From Candidatus Iainarchaeum sp. (GTDB lineage Archaea; Iainarchaeota; Iainarchaeia; Iainarchaeales; GCA-2688035): DNA of 64,000 nucleotides. The DNA lies in contig NZBU01000005.1 in assembly GCA_002688035.1 (NCBI GenBank), positions 44,036 to 108,035 of the forward strand, in the 5' to 3' direction. Below the pieces are notes generated by a model that did not search any database, was not told the origin of the DNA, and saw only the letters and a list, made by a program, of their open reading frames with translations. The translations under genes and the position numbers were made by a program. This document shows positions 18,627-27,661 of this stretch, one piece after another. Each line of letters starts with the position of its first letter. The first letter of the stretch is position 1.

Positions 18627-19854
18627 CCAACCTCCATCTAGTGGCTTCTCTTTTGCTCAGCGCAATCTTCTGGCCTTTCTCTACTACAACCGAGTTGTTT
18701 AAAGCCACAGTCATAGAATTGTTTGCATACTTTGTAACTGTTCCAACTGCAGGCATTGTTCCCACGGTCAATACAATGGTCTCATTTGTTTTTATATTGG
18801 CACTCTTGGTACCAACAGCCCTCTCCACTTGCTCAACTTTCAAATCGAGTCTTGTTACTGGTTTGGACACTTTTCCAGGCAATCCAATAACCTGACCTCG
18901 CATCTTATCATTTTGGGTTATCACTGGATCTAAAAGTGTTCCTATTGCAATAAGGCCACCTGCATGAGCCTCCTTTATTGGCCCTGAGGCACAACTTACG
19001 CTTACAACCGTTGTCTCAATAGGCTTTCCATTTGGGCCGGGGCTTATAAGTATATTATCGCCTTCCTTTACTTTTCCCTGCAGTATCGAACCACCTAGGA
19101 CTCCCCCCTTGAGCTTTTCCAGTTTTTCACCAGGCTTGTTTATATCAAAGCTTCTTGCGCAGTGCATTAACAATGGTTTTTTCAAGTCAAATTTTGGCGT
19201 CGGAATGCTTTTCTCTATTGTTTCTATTAGGAGGTCGATGTTCGTTCCAAAGTGTGCGGCAACAGGAATTATTGGTACATCTTTGTATCTGTTCTTTTCA
19301 AGGAAATCGTTTATTGCTTTCATGCTCTTTAATGCCTCTTCTTTGTCCACCAGATCAATTTTGTTTTGTGCAACAACAAGGTTTTTCACGCCTGCAATCT
19401 TAAGGGCAGTTAAGTGCTCTTCTGTCTGTGGTTGTGGGCATTTTTCGTTTGCTGCAATCACAAGTACAGCTCCGTGCATTAGTGCAGCGCCGCTTAGCAT
19501 GGTTGCCATCAAAGTCTCGTGTCCTGGCGCGTCAACAAAGCTTACTGTGCGAAGTTTCTTGGCTTTCTTTCCGCAGATTGGGCAGATCTCTTTGTTTATG
19601 TAGAACGTGCCCTCATTACACTTGGCGCACTTGTAGAAGGTAATGTCCGCATATCCAAGTCTAATTGAGATTCCTCGCTTAAGCTCTTCGCTATGCGTGT
19701 CTGTCCATTTACCTGTCAGGGTTTGAGTCAAGCTCGTTTTTCCATGATCGACATGGCCAATCATGCCAATATTTAGTTCAGCCTGCGTTGCCTCAACCTT
19801 TTTTTCTTTCTTCGCCTTCTTTGGCGCCTTTGTTTCTTTTTTCTCAGACATCAC
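18604..19854 (-). CDS. eif2g: Translation initiation factor aIF2 gamma
   Basis: GHVDHGKTSL G1 motif, CAKC..CPICG zinc knuckle, VDAPGHE, NKID. Confidence 0.95.
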   Translation of the reverse strand: MMSEKKETKAPKKAKKEKKVEATQAELNIGMIGHVDHGKTSLTQTLTGKWTDTHSEELKRGISIRLGYADITFYKCAKCNEGTFYINKEICPICGKKAKKLRTVSFVDAPGHETLMATMLSGAALMHGAVLVIAANEKCPQPQTEEHLTALKIAGVKNLVVAQNKIDLVDKEEALKSMKAINDFLEKNRYKDVPIIPVAAHFGTNIDLLIETIEKSIPTPKFDLKKPLLMHCARSFDINKPGEKLEKLKGGVLGGSILQGKVKEGDNILISPGPNGKPIETTVVSVSCASGPIKEAHAGGLIAIGTLLDPVITQNDKMRGQVIGLPGKVSKPVTRLDLKVEQVERAVGTKSANIKTNETIVLTVGTMPAVGTVTKYANNSMTVALNNSVVVEKGQKIALSKREATRWRLVAFGIVQ

Positions 19855-19865
19855 TTTTTACCATT

Positions 19866-20360
19866 TTACTTTTTGACTTTGCCTTTGATGCTCTTGGCCT
19901 CTTCAGCCAACTCCATATTTCCCACGTTCTTCAAAGATTGTTTTACCATTCTTTCTTTTGCTGACTCATCAGTCTCTTCTTTCTTTTCTTCCACTTCAAC
20001 AGTCTTGAAGAACTCTTCAATCGCTTTTGAACTGTGCTTTGTAACAACAAGGTTTAACTGCATTATTTCCGCACTAACCGTGTTGCCTCGCGCACTCTTT
20101 CTCTTTTTTTGCCCCTTGATCTTGGCTTTGAAGCCAACACCGTGCTTCATCAAAAGTTTTTTCCTGCCGCCTCCCTGCAGGCTCTTTATCATTGGAAAAC
20201 CTTGTTTGTCACTACCACCGGTAATTTTTCCTTTGTAGCCAGTCAATCCAATTATTCCCAGCTCTATTTCGTCGCCAATGGTTTTGTTCACAAACACTGC
20301 TTCCTCTGTTTTTTTGGTAAAAGATTTGCCGCTCTTTGGGTCGGCTATTACTATGTTCAT
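19866..20360 (-). CDS. rps6e: 30S ribosomal protein S6e (eS6)
   Basis: MNIVIADPKSGKSF..ITGGSDKQGFPM signature. Confidence 0.93.
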   Translation of the reverse strand: MNIVIADPKSGKSFTKKTEEAVFVNKTIGDEIELGIIGLTGYKGKITGGSDKQGFPMIKSLQGGGRKKLLMKHGVGFKAKIKGQKKRKSARGNTVSAEIMQLNLVVTKHSSKAIEEFFKTVEVEEKKEETDESAKERMVKQSLKNVGNMELAEEAKSIKGKVKK

Positions 20361-22114
20361 TCTGCATCCTCCTTTCTTTTTTCAACGATTTCCTTTATTT
20401 CATTTAATAATTCCTGTTCATCCTGATTCAGTAGGCCCTGCAACTCTAGGATCTCAGAGAACTGGTTTCTTGGAATATAGGATAACAGCACTTGGTTTTC
20501 CTCAATGGTTCTTCCAACAACGGCCTTGTCAATGCTTACTGCTATCTCTTGACCCTTACCCGCTTGCTCAATGCTCTCGTTCTTGCTCTGTAATCCTGTC
20601 ACACTGCCAATAATCGTTCCGTCTTCTCGCATGAGTCTGATTCCTTTCTTTATTTTTCCCTCTAAAACCTTTACGCCTATCACAGCAGGTTTGCTGTGCC
20701 TGAAAATAAAGCCCGTTAAGAATCTCATTTTAACCGGAAGAGTAAGGTGTTGTAGGGCCTCTTTCTTTTTCTGTTCTCTTGTCTCGTTTGCCCAGGCTTC
20801 ATAATCCTCTAAGAGCTTGTAGACAACTGCCCCTGAAAATATTTTCACCTTCTGCTTCTCTGCCTCTTCTACCGCTCCTTCATCTGTCTTAACATTAAAC
20901 CCAAAAATTACTCCTTTGAACTCGTCTTTCTCTCTTACACTGCTTGCTTCCATCACATCGTTTTTTGTTATATTTCCAACATCGGCCTTTTTGACTTTCA
21001 AACTCTGTTTCTCGAGTAGGAGGGTAAGGGCTTCCAGTGCACCAAGGGTATCTGCTCTCAATACAGCTCCAACATTCTCTGTCTCAATCTTTATTGACGC
21101 CAGCTCCTTTGCAATAACATCTTTTTCCAACCCTGTCTTTACAACATTTACTGGTGCGCCTGCCAAAGCCTCATCAAGATTTGGTGCAGCTATCTTCACA
21201 CCGCTTGCCGCATGAACTTCTTTAACAGTATTAAACCTATCTCCACTTTCCCGCATTTCGCGTAGGGGTTTCGGTTTTAACAATGCGCGAACCTTTGTTT
21301 GGATAACTCCTGTGCGTGTCCCAAGAACAATTTCGTCATTAATCTTTATCATTCCATCATAGAGAATTACATCAACTGTCTTGCCAAGCCCGCGTTCTTC
21401 TTTGACCTCTATTATGGTTCCTTTGCCTGCATCGTTCTCACTGATCTCTAAATTTTTCTGCAAGAATTTCTGGCTCAAACCGGTCAATAGCATAAGTATT
21501 TCAGGTAATCCCTCACCAACCTTCGCGCTTATTGGCACGATTGGAACTTGTTTTGTAAAGTTTTCACATCTGTCAAAGCGCTCGCTTTCAAAGCCAAGTT
21601 CGAACAGCTTGCCCACAAGCTGGTAAATTTTTTCATCAAGTACATTCTTTCCTTTCTCGCTTTGCTCCGCAAGGTTTTTGCTGAATTCCCCTTCCTTTGA
21701 ATTCCAGTCGTGCAGCAAATCAATCTTGTTCAGTGCGACAATGAAAGGAGTCTTGAATGATTTGAGTATTTCGATTGCCTCAAGTGTTTGTGGCTGAAGT
21801 CCTTGTGTAACATCAACTATCAGGACAGCAAGATCAGCAATGCTTCCGCCTCTCTCCCTTAAAGAAGTAAATGCTTCATGTCCAGGCGTGTCAATAAAAA
21901 GCAATCCGGGAATGTTCACATCAAAACCGTATTTTTTTAGCAAGTGATCGGCAATATTTTTCACTATGTGCACGGGTACTTCTGTTGCGCCAATATGCTG
22001 TGTTATTGCCCCTGCCTCTTTTTCAGCTATGGCTGTGCCTCTGATTTTATCCATCAATTTTGTTTTACCGTGGTCGACATGACCCAGCACAGTAATTATG
22101 GGCTGCCTGATCAT
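20357..22114 (-). CDS. infB: Translation initiation factor aIF5B (IF-2)
   Basis: IRQPIITVLGHVDHGKTKLMDKIRGT, DTPGHEAF, NKID. Start set at ATG 22114, with GAGG upstream, 8 nt after the dut stop. Confidence 0.93.
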   Translation of the reverse strand: MIRQPIITVLGHVDHGKTKLMDKIRGTAIAEKEAGAITQHIGATEVPVHIVKNIADHLLKKYGFDVNIPGLLFIDTPGHEAFTSLRERGGSIADLAVLIVDVTQGLQPQTLEAIEILKSFKTPFIVALNKIDLLHDWNSKEGEFSKNLAEQSEKGKNVLDEKIYQLVGKLFELGFESERFDRCENFTKQVPIVPISAKVGEGLPEILMLLTGLSQKFLQKNLEISENDAGKGTIIEVKEERGLGKTVDVILYDGMIKINDEIVLGTRTGVIQTKVRALLKPKPLREMRESGDRFNTVKEVHAASGVKIAAPNLDEALAGAPVNVVKTGLEKDVIAKELASIKIETENVGAVLRADTLGALEALTLLLEKQSLKVKKADVGNITKNDVMEASSVREKDEFKGVIFGFNVKTDEGAVEEAEKQKVKIFSGAVVYKLLEDYEAWANETREQKKKEALQHLTLPVKMRFLTGFIFRHSKPAVIGVKVLEGKIKKGIRLMREDGTIIGSVTGLQSKNESIEQAGKGQEIAVSIDKAVVGRTIEENQVLLSYIPRNQFSEILELQGLLNQDEQELLNEIKEIVEKRKEDAE

Positions 22115-22121
22115 TTTGTCC

Positions 22122-22568
22122 TCACTCCAGTCCTGTTGAACCAAAACCGCCTTCGCCGCGTTGTGTTTCATCCAGTTCATCAACCTCTTCAAGTTCTGCT
22201 TTCTCTACTTTGTTGAAAACCATCTGGGCAATCTTCTTTCCTTTTTCAATCTTGAATTCCTCTTTCCCATGGTTCACAATTATTACGCCTATCTCTCCCC
22301 TGTAACCTGCATCGATTGTTCCAGGAGTATTCAGTACTGTCAAACCGTGATTTAAGGCAAGTCCACTTTTTGGACGAACCTGCGCTTCAAATCCCTCTGG
22401 CAAAGCAATCTTTATTCCTGTTGGAACAAGAGCTATTGCTCCCGGTTCAATGCTTGTCTCTTGGGTTGCATAGAGATCTACGCCAGCGTCTCCGGCATGG
22501 GCATAGCCTGGCATTTTCACGTCTTTGCTCAGTCTCTTTACTCTTACCTTCAAGTTTTGCACCCTCAT
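22122..22568 (-). CDS. dut: dUTP diphosphatase (homotrimeric Dut type)
   Basis: All five Dut motifs are present: AGDAGVDLYA, RPKSGLA, GTIDAGYRGEI, KIAQMV, RGEGGFGSTG. Confidence 0.9.
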   Translation of the reverse strand: MRVQNLKVRVKRLSKDVKMPGYAHAGDAGVDLYATQETSIEPGAIALVPTGIKIALPEGFEAQVRPKSGLALNHGLTVLNTPGTIDAGYRGEIGVIIVNHGKEEFKIEKGKKIAQMVFNKVEKAELEEVDELDETQRGEGGFGSTGLE

Positions 22569-23038
22569 TTCTTCAAGTACTTTTCATCCTTGCTGTAAAT
22601 CCAGTCGAAATTCATTTTCTGGTATGTGTATATTTCATCTTCCTTGAAGAATCTCTTAATTTCCTCTTCGGCCTTTTCTTTGCTCTCGGCCGCGTGCACC
22701 AAATTGTTTTGGTTGCTGACACTGTAGTCGCCTCTGATCGTGCCTGGCTCTGCTTCCCTACCTTGAGTAGACCCAATCATTGTTCTCACGACGTTTACAA
22801 TATCTTTTCCTTCCAGAATAATGGGAATTGATGGAATACTTGTCATATAGTTGATTAGACCCTTGAAGAATACTTTGTCCTTGTGTTCTGCATAGTGCTC
22901 TTTTAGCACATAGGGTTGCAACGTAACCATTTTCATTGCGGCAATCTTCAATCCCTTTTTCTCAAATCTCCTTAGGATTTCTCCCACAAGACATCGGTTT
23001 ATTGCATCAGGTTTTATTATTACAAGAGTTCTTTCCAT
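22565..23038 (-). CDS. ndk: Nucleoside diphosphate kinase
   Basis: MERTLVIIKPDA, TIRGDY, NLVHAAES (catalytic His). Confidence 0.93.
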   Translation of the reverse strand: MERTLVIIKPDAINRCLVGEILRRFEKKGLKIAAMKMVTLQPYVLKEHYAEHKDKVFFKGLINYMTSIPSIPIILEGKDIVNVVRTMIGSTQGREAEPGTIRGDYSVSNQNNLVHAAESKEKAEEEIKRFFKEDEIYTYQKMNFDWIYSKDEKYLKK

Positions 23039-23042
23039 TCAA

Positions 23043-23297
23043 TCACCTTTTCTTCTTTTTCTTCTTGCTTCCTTTTCTCTTGGCTCTCTTGGCAGGCTTT
23101 CTACCTGTCTTTTTCACAGCCTTTTTCTCATCATGATGGAACTCAGTCCACTTGGTTGCATGAGGACTTCTCTTTAAGGATAGCATGTTCTTCTGGCACT
23201 TGTTACTGCAGAAGAAGTAAGCTGTTCCATCCTTTTTAGCGAACAAAGTTCCACTACCTTTCATCATTGCTTTTCCACAAAACGAACATTTTGCCAT
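23043..23297 (-). CDS. rpl24e: 50S ribosomal protein L24e (eL24)
   Basis: MAKCSFCGKAMMKGSGTLFAKKDG..FFCSNKCQKN, plus a poly-Lys tail. Confidence 0.93.
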   Translation of the reverse strand: MAKCSFCGKAMMKGSGTLFAKKDGTAYFFCSNKCQKNMLSLKRSPHATKWTEFHHDEKKAVKKTGRKPAKRAKRKGSKKKKKKR

Positions 23298-23301
23298 GTC
23301 A

Positions 23302-23508
23302 TCACCTTGTCTTTATTTCCTTGGCTTCTCTTTCTGTGCTCAGCAGGATAACTATATCGCCCATCTGGACGTTTCCCTTAATGTTCCTTCTCTTTACCCT
23401 GCCTTGGTCAGGGCCTTCCATAACTTTGCACAGAACCTGGACTATTTCTCCATGAACGCCGGTTCTTTTTATTATCTCCACAATTTCTGCTGGGGTTCCT
23501 CGATCCAT
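23302..23508 (-). CDS. rps28e: 30S ribosomal protein S28e (eS28)
   Basis: [40 protein letters not shown]. Confidence 0.95.
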   Translation of the reverse strand: MDRGTPAEIVEIIKRTGVHGEIVQVLCKVMEGPDQGRVKRRNIKGNVQMGDIVILLSTEREAKEIKTR

Positions 23509-23524
23509 ATCAAATCAGTCTCCT

Positions 23525-23890
23525 TTACTTCCTAAGGTCTTCCAGCTTCTTTGTCAATTCCTGCAAGTCGCTCTTGGCATCTCCTTCTTCAACTATTGCG
23601 ATAGAAGCGGTTCCAACACCAATGCCTACCCCTTCACCCAAGTCTTTCTTGGTTTTAACATAGCTGAAAGGCACATCTTTCTCATTGCAGATCAGTGGCA
23701 AGTGCATTACTATTTCAGCAGGCTCAACATCACTTGCGATTAAAACAAGTTTTGCGCTGCCTCTCTCAATAGCCTTTGTCACTTCGTTTATTCCAATTCT
23801 TATTTTCCCGTTCTTCTTTACTTTTGCAATTAATGCAAGCTGGTCTGTCATCAGCTTTTCGGGTACTTCAAACTTTACAAAATCCACCAT
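23525..23890 (-). CDS. rpl7ae: 50S ribosomal protein L7Ae (eL8; K-turn binder)
   Basis: GINEVTKAIERGSAKLVLIASDVEP..HLPLICNEKDVPF. Strong SD (AAGGAGGTG) upstream. Confidence 0.95.
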   Translation of the reverse strand: MVDFVKFEVPEKLMTDQLALIAKVKKNGKIRIGINEVTKAIERGSAKLVLIASDVEPAEIVMHLPLICNEKDVPFSYVKTKKDLGEGVGIGVGTASIAIVEEGDAKSDLQELTKKLEDLRK

Positions 23891-24016
23891 CCGAACACCT
23901 CCTTAGAATCCCAATATAGGGCTTCTTCATCGTCATCGGCGAAAAAAAGCAAAATTGCTATATTTCTTAAAATAATTACCCCGGGGAATGTTTAAAAAGT
24001 TAATCAAAACCCCTAA

Positions 24017-24904
24017 TTAGAGGCTTTTACAGTAGTATTTCACTGTTTTCATTCCCTCAGTTGTGGGCACTGTAACATTCCTCAGACTATATCCTGTGGC
24101 CTTTGGAAATTTGTGATATAAAGAGTCCCGAGTTTCCGGCTTTACTGTTACCCCTCGCATGTGAAAGTAAGAATCAGTGCTTGGAACTATTGCAACTCTT
24201 TCAAAACCAGCGCGCTTGCACTGCCCCTCAACTTCTGTAACCCACCGCTTCCACCAACCAGTATAACGCTTTTTCACTGCCCTTGCATCCGCTCTCATCC
24301 GCTCGACTTTCTTTGCTCCCCAGTGTTTTGCAAATCTTTCTCTTGAAGGCCCGGTGGTTATTCTGAAGTATTCATCTCTAATCTCAATAGCCTGAATAAA
24401 AAGTGTCGGTTTTTTCTCCCTGCCCACAAAGGTAACCATGCCGCCAACATATCCTACAGCCCCTCTTGCAGGCAGCACAAAATCCCTTGGCCATTCATAG
24501 TGGTCAAGTCGCCGCAGCAAAGTATGCTTTTTCACCTCGGCTTCGGTAGGGTAAGCCATGAATCTTACTGCAAAACCTGCCCAGTCCTTGAACCCATGCA
24601 TATAATCTGCTCTAAATTCATGACGACGAATCTGTACTTTGCTTAATTCCTCTTCTGCCCTAGCTATAGTCTCAAATCCCAGTACAGGCTTGAAAACCAT
24701 TTGAATTGCCCCGCCTTTCTTGTTCTTGCCCCAGGTCATCTTTCTGCCTTTAAAGCGGTGCAATGCCTTAACAGCGGTTAGTGTTTTCGCACCCAACGTG
24801 CGCTGCAATCTGGCGGGAAAATTCTCAACTTTTAGAGCACGCCTTTTCTCGTTTATGGACTCTCCAAGGTTCACTCGCCTCTTGCTTTTCTTCATTTTAG
24901 GCAT
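24017..24904 (-). CDS. Hypothetical R/W-rich protein (~295 aa), family not recognised
   Basis: Long ORF beginning 3-20 nt after the gltX stop; candidate starts are GTG 24910, ATG 24904 and ATG 24895. Very basic and Trp-rich (GWWKRW), and looks more GC-rich than its neighbours by eye. Confidence 0.55.
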   Translation of the reverse strand: MPKMKKSKRRVNLGESINEKRRALKVENFPARLQRTLGAKTLTAVKALHRFKGRKMTWGKNKKGGAIQMVFKPVLGFETIARAEEELSKVQIRRHEFRADYMHGFKDWAGFAVRFMAYPTEAEVKKHTLLRRLDHYEWPRDFVLPARGAVGYVGGMVTFVGREKKPTLFIQAIEIRDEYFRITTGPSRERFAKHWGAKKVERMRADARAVKKRYTGWWKRWVTEVEGQCKRAGFERVAIVPSTDSYFHMRGVTVKPETRDSLYHKFPKATGYSLRNVTVPTTEGMKTVKYYCKSL

Positions 24905-24913
24905 AATCACATC

Positions 24914-26530
24914 TCATTTATGTGCAAACCAGAGCACAACCCTGTTTTCCTGCACTGAGTCAATTCTGCAAAATCCGAATTTGTCAAGCTGTATAATACT
25001 TCCCTCTTTTTCTTCTAAGAGTTCCTTGGATGCAAGGCCCGCCATCTTCTTTCCATCAGGCATAACTAATTCAATATCAATGCTATCTGACAACCATCCA
25101 ACAACTTCTTTTCCTGTGTTGGTTGTTCCAACAAATTGCCCGAAAATTTCCAATGGGTCCTTCTTGGTTATCTTAACATTATATTTCTCCCTTAACCTGA
25201 AAACACTTCCAACCTTGAGCTTCTTTAGAGTTGCAGAGTCAACAACAAATTGTTCTGTGCCATCGGGGGCGTAATCCACGCTAAGCCTTACAGGCTCTGC
25301 AATAAAACCAATACGTTTGACATCTCCAAGTTCCTCCTTGTTCAAATCATGCAGCCTCTTTGCATCGATGCTTACTCCTGAACTCTTTACGCCAACATCT
25401 AAAATGGCTTTTCTTAGCGCACTAGCCTGAAAACCGCGCCTTCGCAAAGCTTTTATTGTGCCAAGTCTTGGGTTATCCCAGCCTTTGTACTCACCCTTTT
25501 CAATTCCTTCCTTTATCTTGCTTGTGCTTAGGACAGTGTCAGCCAACTTAATCCTTCCAAAGTGGAAGCTGTGGGGATAGGTCCACTTAAAATAATCATA
25601 CAAAAATTCTTGTTTAGTCTGATTCTGCGCATGTTCTTGTCCCCTGAGTATCAGTGTTACCCCTAGCTCATGATCATCTATTGCTGAAGCAAAATTGTAG
25701 CTTGGCCAAACATGTTTTCCTTTGCTTTTTGGGTTTGGATGCACCGGATTGTCAACAACTTTTGCCGCCCACCAATCCCTAATACTTGGATCATTGTGAT
25801 TCAAATCAGTTTTAATGCGTAAAACAGCTTGCCCTTCTTTGAACTCGTTGCTCAGCATTTTTTCAAATCTTTGCAACTGTTCTTTTGGAGAAATATCGCG
25901 GCACTTGCAGGCCTTTTTTGCCTTGATAAGTTTTCTCCATTTTTCCACATCACAATCGCAAACATATGCATGACCCTTTTTCAGAACTTCTTTCATATAT
26001 TTGTAGTAAATGTCAAGCCTGTCCGATGCAAAGTATGTTTCCGAAATCTCACAGCCCAGCCATTCAAGATCTTCCTTGAATATTGCTTCCGCGTTCTCAA
26101 TAGGCTTCTTTATTTTTGGATCGGTATCATCAAAGCGCAGAATCATTTTTCCGCCATAAATCTTTGCAAACTCATCGCACAGTATTGCGGCGCGTGCATT
26201 CCCCAAGTGAAAAGGTCCGTTTGGGTTTGGCGCATATCTTGTTACAACTGATTCTTTTTCAGCCCAATCCAAGGTTGGGAGCATTGAATCTTTTTGCTTA
26301 GGCTTGAGCTCATAGCTTCCTTCAAACTTTTTGTACTCTGCCTCAATTTCCTTCTTCCCCAAGGCATTTACTTTTTTCACAGCCTCAATTATGCTTGGCA
26401 TAGAATCTTTGATATCCAAATCAGGATGCAGGGCTTTCATTTTGCCCACTATTGCGCCCACATCCGCTTTTCCCTCATGCAGGAAAGCGTTCTTGATTGC
26501 GTACCTGTAAGCGTCTTCTGTTAAGGACAT
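24914..26530 (-). CDS. gltX: Glutamate--tRNA ligase (archaeal type)
   Basis: RYAPNPNGPFHLGNARAA (HIGH region), ILRFDDTDP, LSTSK (KMSKS-like). Confidence 0.92.
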   Translation of the reverse strand: MSLTEDAYRYAIKNAFLHEGKADVGAIVGKMKALHPDLDIKDSMPSIIEAVKKVNALGKKEIEAEYKKFEGSYELKPKQKDSMLPTLDWAEKESVVTRYAPNPNGPFHLGNARAAILCDEFAKIYGGKMILRFDDTDPKIKKPIENAEAIFKEDLEWLGCEISETYFASDRLDIYYKYMKEVLKKGHAYVCDCDVEKWRKLIKAKKACKCRDISPKEQLQRFEKMLSNEFKEGQAVLRIKTDLNHNDPSIRDWWAAKVVDNPVHPNPKSKGKHVWPSYNFASAIDDHELGVTLILRGQEHAQNQTKQEFLYDYFKWTYPHSFHFGRIKLADTVLSTSKIKEGIEKGEYKGWDNPRLGTIKALRRRGFQASALRKAILDVGVKSSGVSIDAKRLHDLNKEELGDVKRIGFIAEPVRLSVDYAPDGTEQFVVDSATLKKLKVGSVFRLREKYNVKITKKDPLEIFGQFVGTTNTGKEVVGWLSDSIDIELVMPDGKKMAGLASKELLEEKEGSIIQLDKFGFCRIDSVQENRVVLWFAHK

Positions 26531-26560
26531 AATTACCAGTATTAATAGAAGAAGAAAAGG

Positions 26561-26568
26561 CTATAAAA
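26561..26568 (-). promoter_or_regulatory. TATA-like box upstream of gltX
   Basis: The minus strand reads CATTTTATAGCC, centred about 35 nt upstream of ATG 26530. Confidence 0.35.
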
Positions 26569-26811
26569 TGCTTTTCTGCTTTTAGTCCGGAAGTACTGGC
26601 GGTGTCATGTAATCCATTGCTCCGCCTAGTTCACATTCCTCTGCAGCATACACTATCAGAACATTACCTACCTCGCTTGCCTGTATTTTGCTGTCCAAGG
26701 TTAGAAACTGCTGTGCTGCCTCGCTGCTTGACGGCTGGTCCCAGTTCTGGGTGTATCAAAACCAATAGGATGTAAGTTGTTCGCATACTAAATTAAAGCA
26801 GTTTCTTGTAT

Positions 26812-27561
26812 TTAAAGCTTTTTGCCCTGTGTCCAGAGCTTGTCAAAGTAGTGTTTTAGCGCGTTTGCCATTGGCTTGTTATCGTGCCAAATTGTGAAGT
26901 GATACTCTGGTTGTTCACTCTTGAAATCGCTTAGTGCCATTACAACTTTTTTCCCGTCGATGATAAAAGCATTTAACCCGTGTTCAAAGTGTTTGGCGTC
27001 CTTCACACTTTTCTTTACAAGTGTGTTTGGAAAGTGGTTCAGCATTTTGATTACAACATTTTTCTCTTTGGCCTTTGTGATTGCTTCGCTTAGCACATTG
27101 TGCTTGTCGGTAATTTCACTGAATGCCATCACATGGTTTTCTGCCTTTTCTATTTCCTGGCTCAGAATCTTTTCAAAGTCCCGTGTATCCTTTACTTTCA
27201 TCACGGTTTCCCCACTACCAGGGATTTTTGACTGTTCCATTGCAATCAGTGAATCGGCAAAGGTCTTTGCCTTGTCTTCAATTGCCATTATTTCTGTTTT
27301 TTTGTCAGTAATAAGGCTGTCAAGAACTTTTCTTGCATCCAAAATCCTGTATTTCTTTGGACGACCGCGAATTTCTATGACAAGATTTCTTTTAACAAGC
27401 TTGTCAAGAACATCATAAACACGAGTTTTTGGGACTTGTGAACGCCTACTGATTTGTGGGGCTTCAGCCTCACTCAAACCAAATAGTGTTGAAAGAGTTT
27501 TACTTTCATACTCTGTAAGACCCAAACTTTCAAGTAATTCGTTTAAAGAAGATCCGTTCAT
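26812..27561 (-). CDS. TrmB-family transcriptional regulator
   Basis: N-terminal wHTH LGLTEYESKTLSTLFGL..ISRRSQVPKTRVYDVLDKLVKRNLV, plus a TrmB-type C-terminal domain. Confidence 0.85.
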   Translation of the reverse strand: MNGSSLNELLESLGLTEYESKTLSTLFGLSEAEAPQISRRSQVPKTRVYDVLDKLVKRNLVIEIRGRPKKYRILDARKVLDSLITDKKTEIMAIEDKAKTFADSLIAMEQSKIPGSGETVMKVKDTRDFEKILSQEIEKAENHVMAFSEITDKHNVLSEAITKAKEKNVVIKMLNHFPNTLVKKSVKDAKHFEHGLNAFIIDGKKVVMALSDFKSEQPEYHFTIWHDNKPMANALKHYFDKLWTQGKKL

Positions 27562-27619
27562 TCAAAAACCCCAAAAGAGCCTCTATGCTCCTTTTTCAAT
27601 ATAATATAGCACTTTAAAC

Positions 27620-27627
27620 TATTTAAA
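27620..27627 (-). promoter_or_regulatory. TATA box (TTTAAATA) upstream of the TrmB-family gene
   Basis: The minus strand reads AAATTTAAATAGTTTAAAG, which contains two TTTAAA half-sites. It lies about 60 nt upstream of ATG 27561. Confidence 0.35.
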
Positions 27628-27661
27628 TTTACCTTATAGGGTGAAATAATGAGTGTTTGCG

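Noticed and set aside
23891-24016. Possible K-turn autoregulatory element or uORF (MTMKKPYIGILRRCSDGGFCKV) in the L7Ae leader, based on the GATGACGATGAAG string.
   Set aside because: I could not pair the GA-containing segment into a C-stem/NC-stem K-turn. There is no complementary strand nearby. The uORF has no SD and overlaps the strong L7Ae SD, so it is unsupported.
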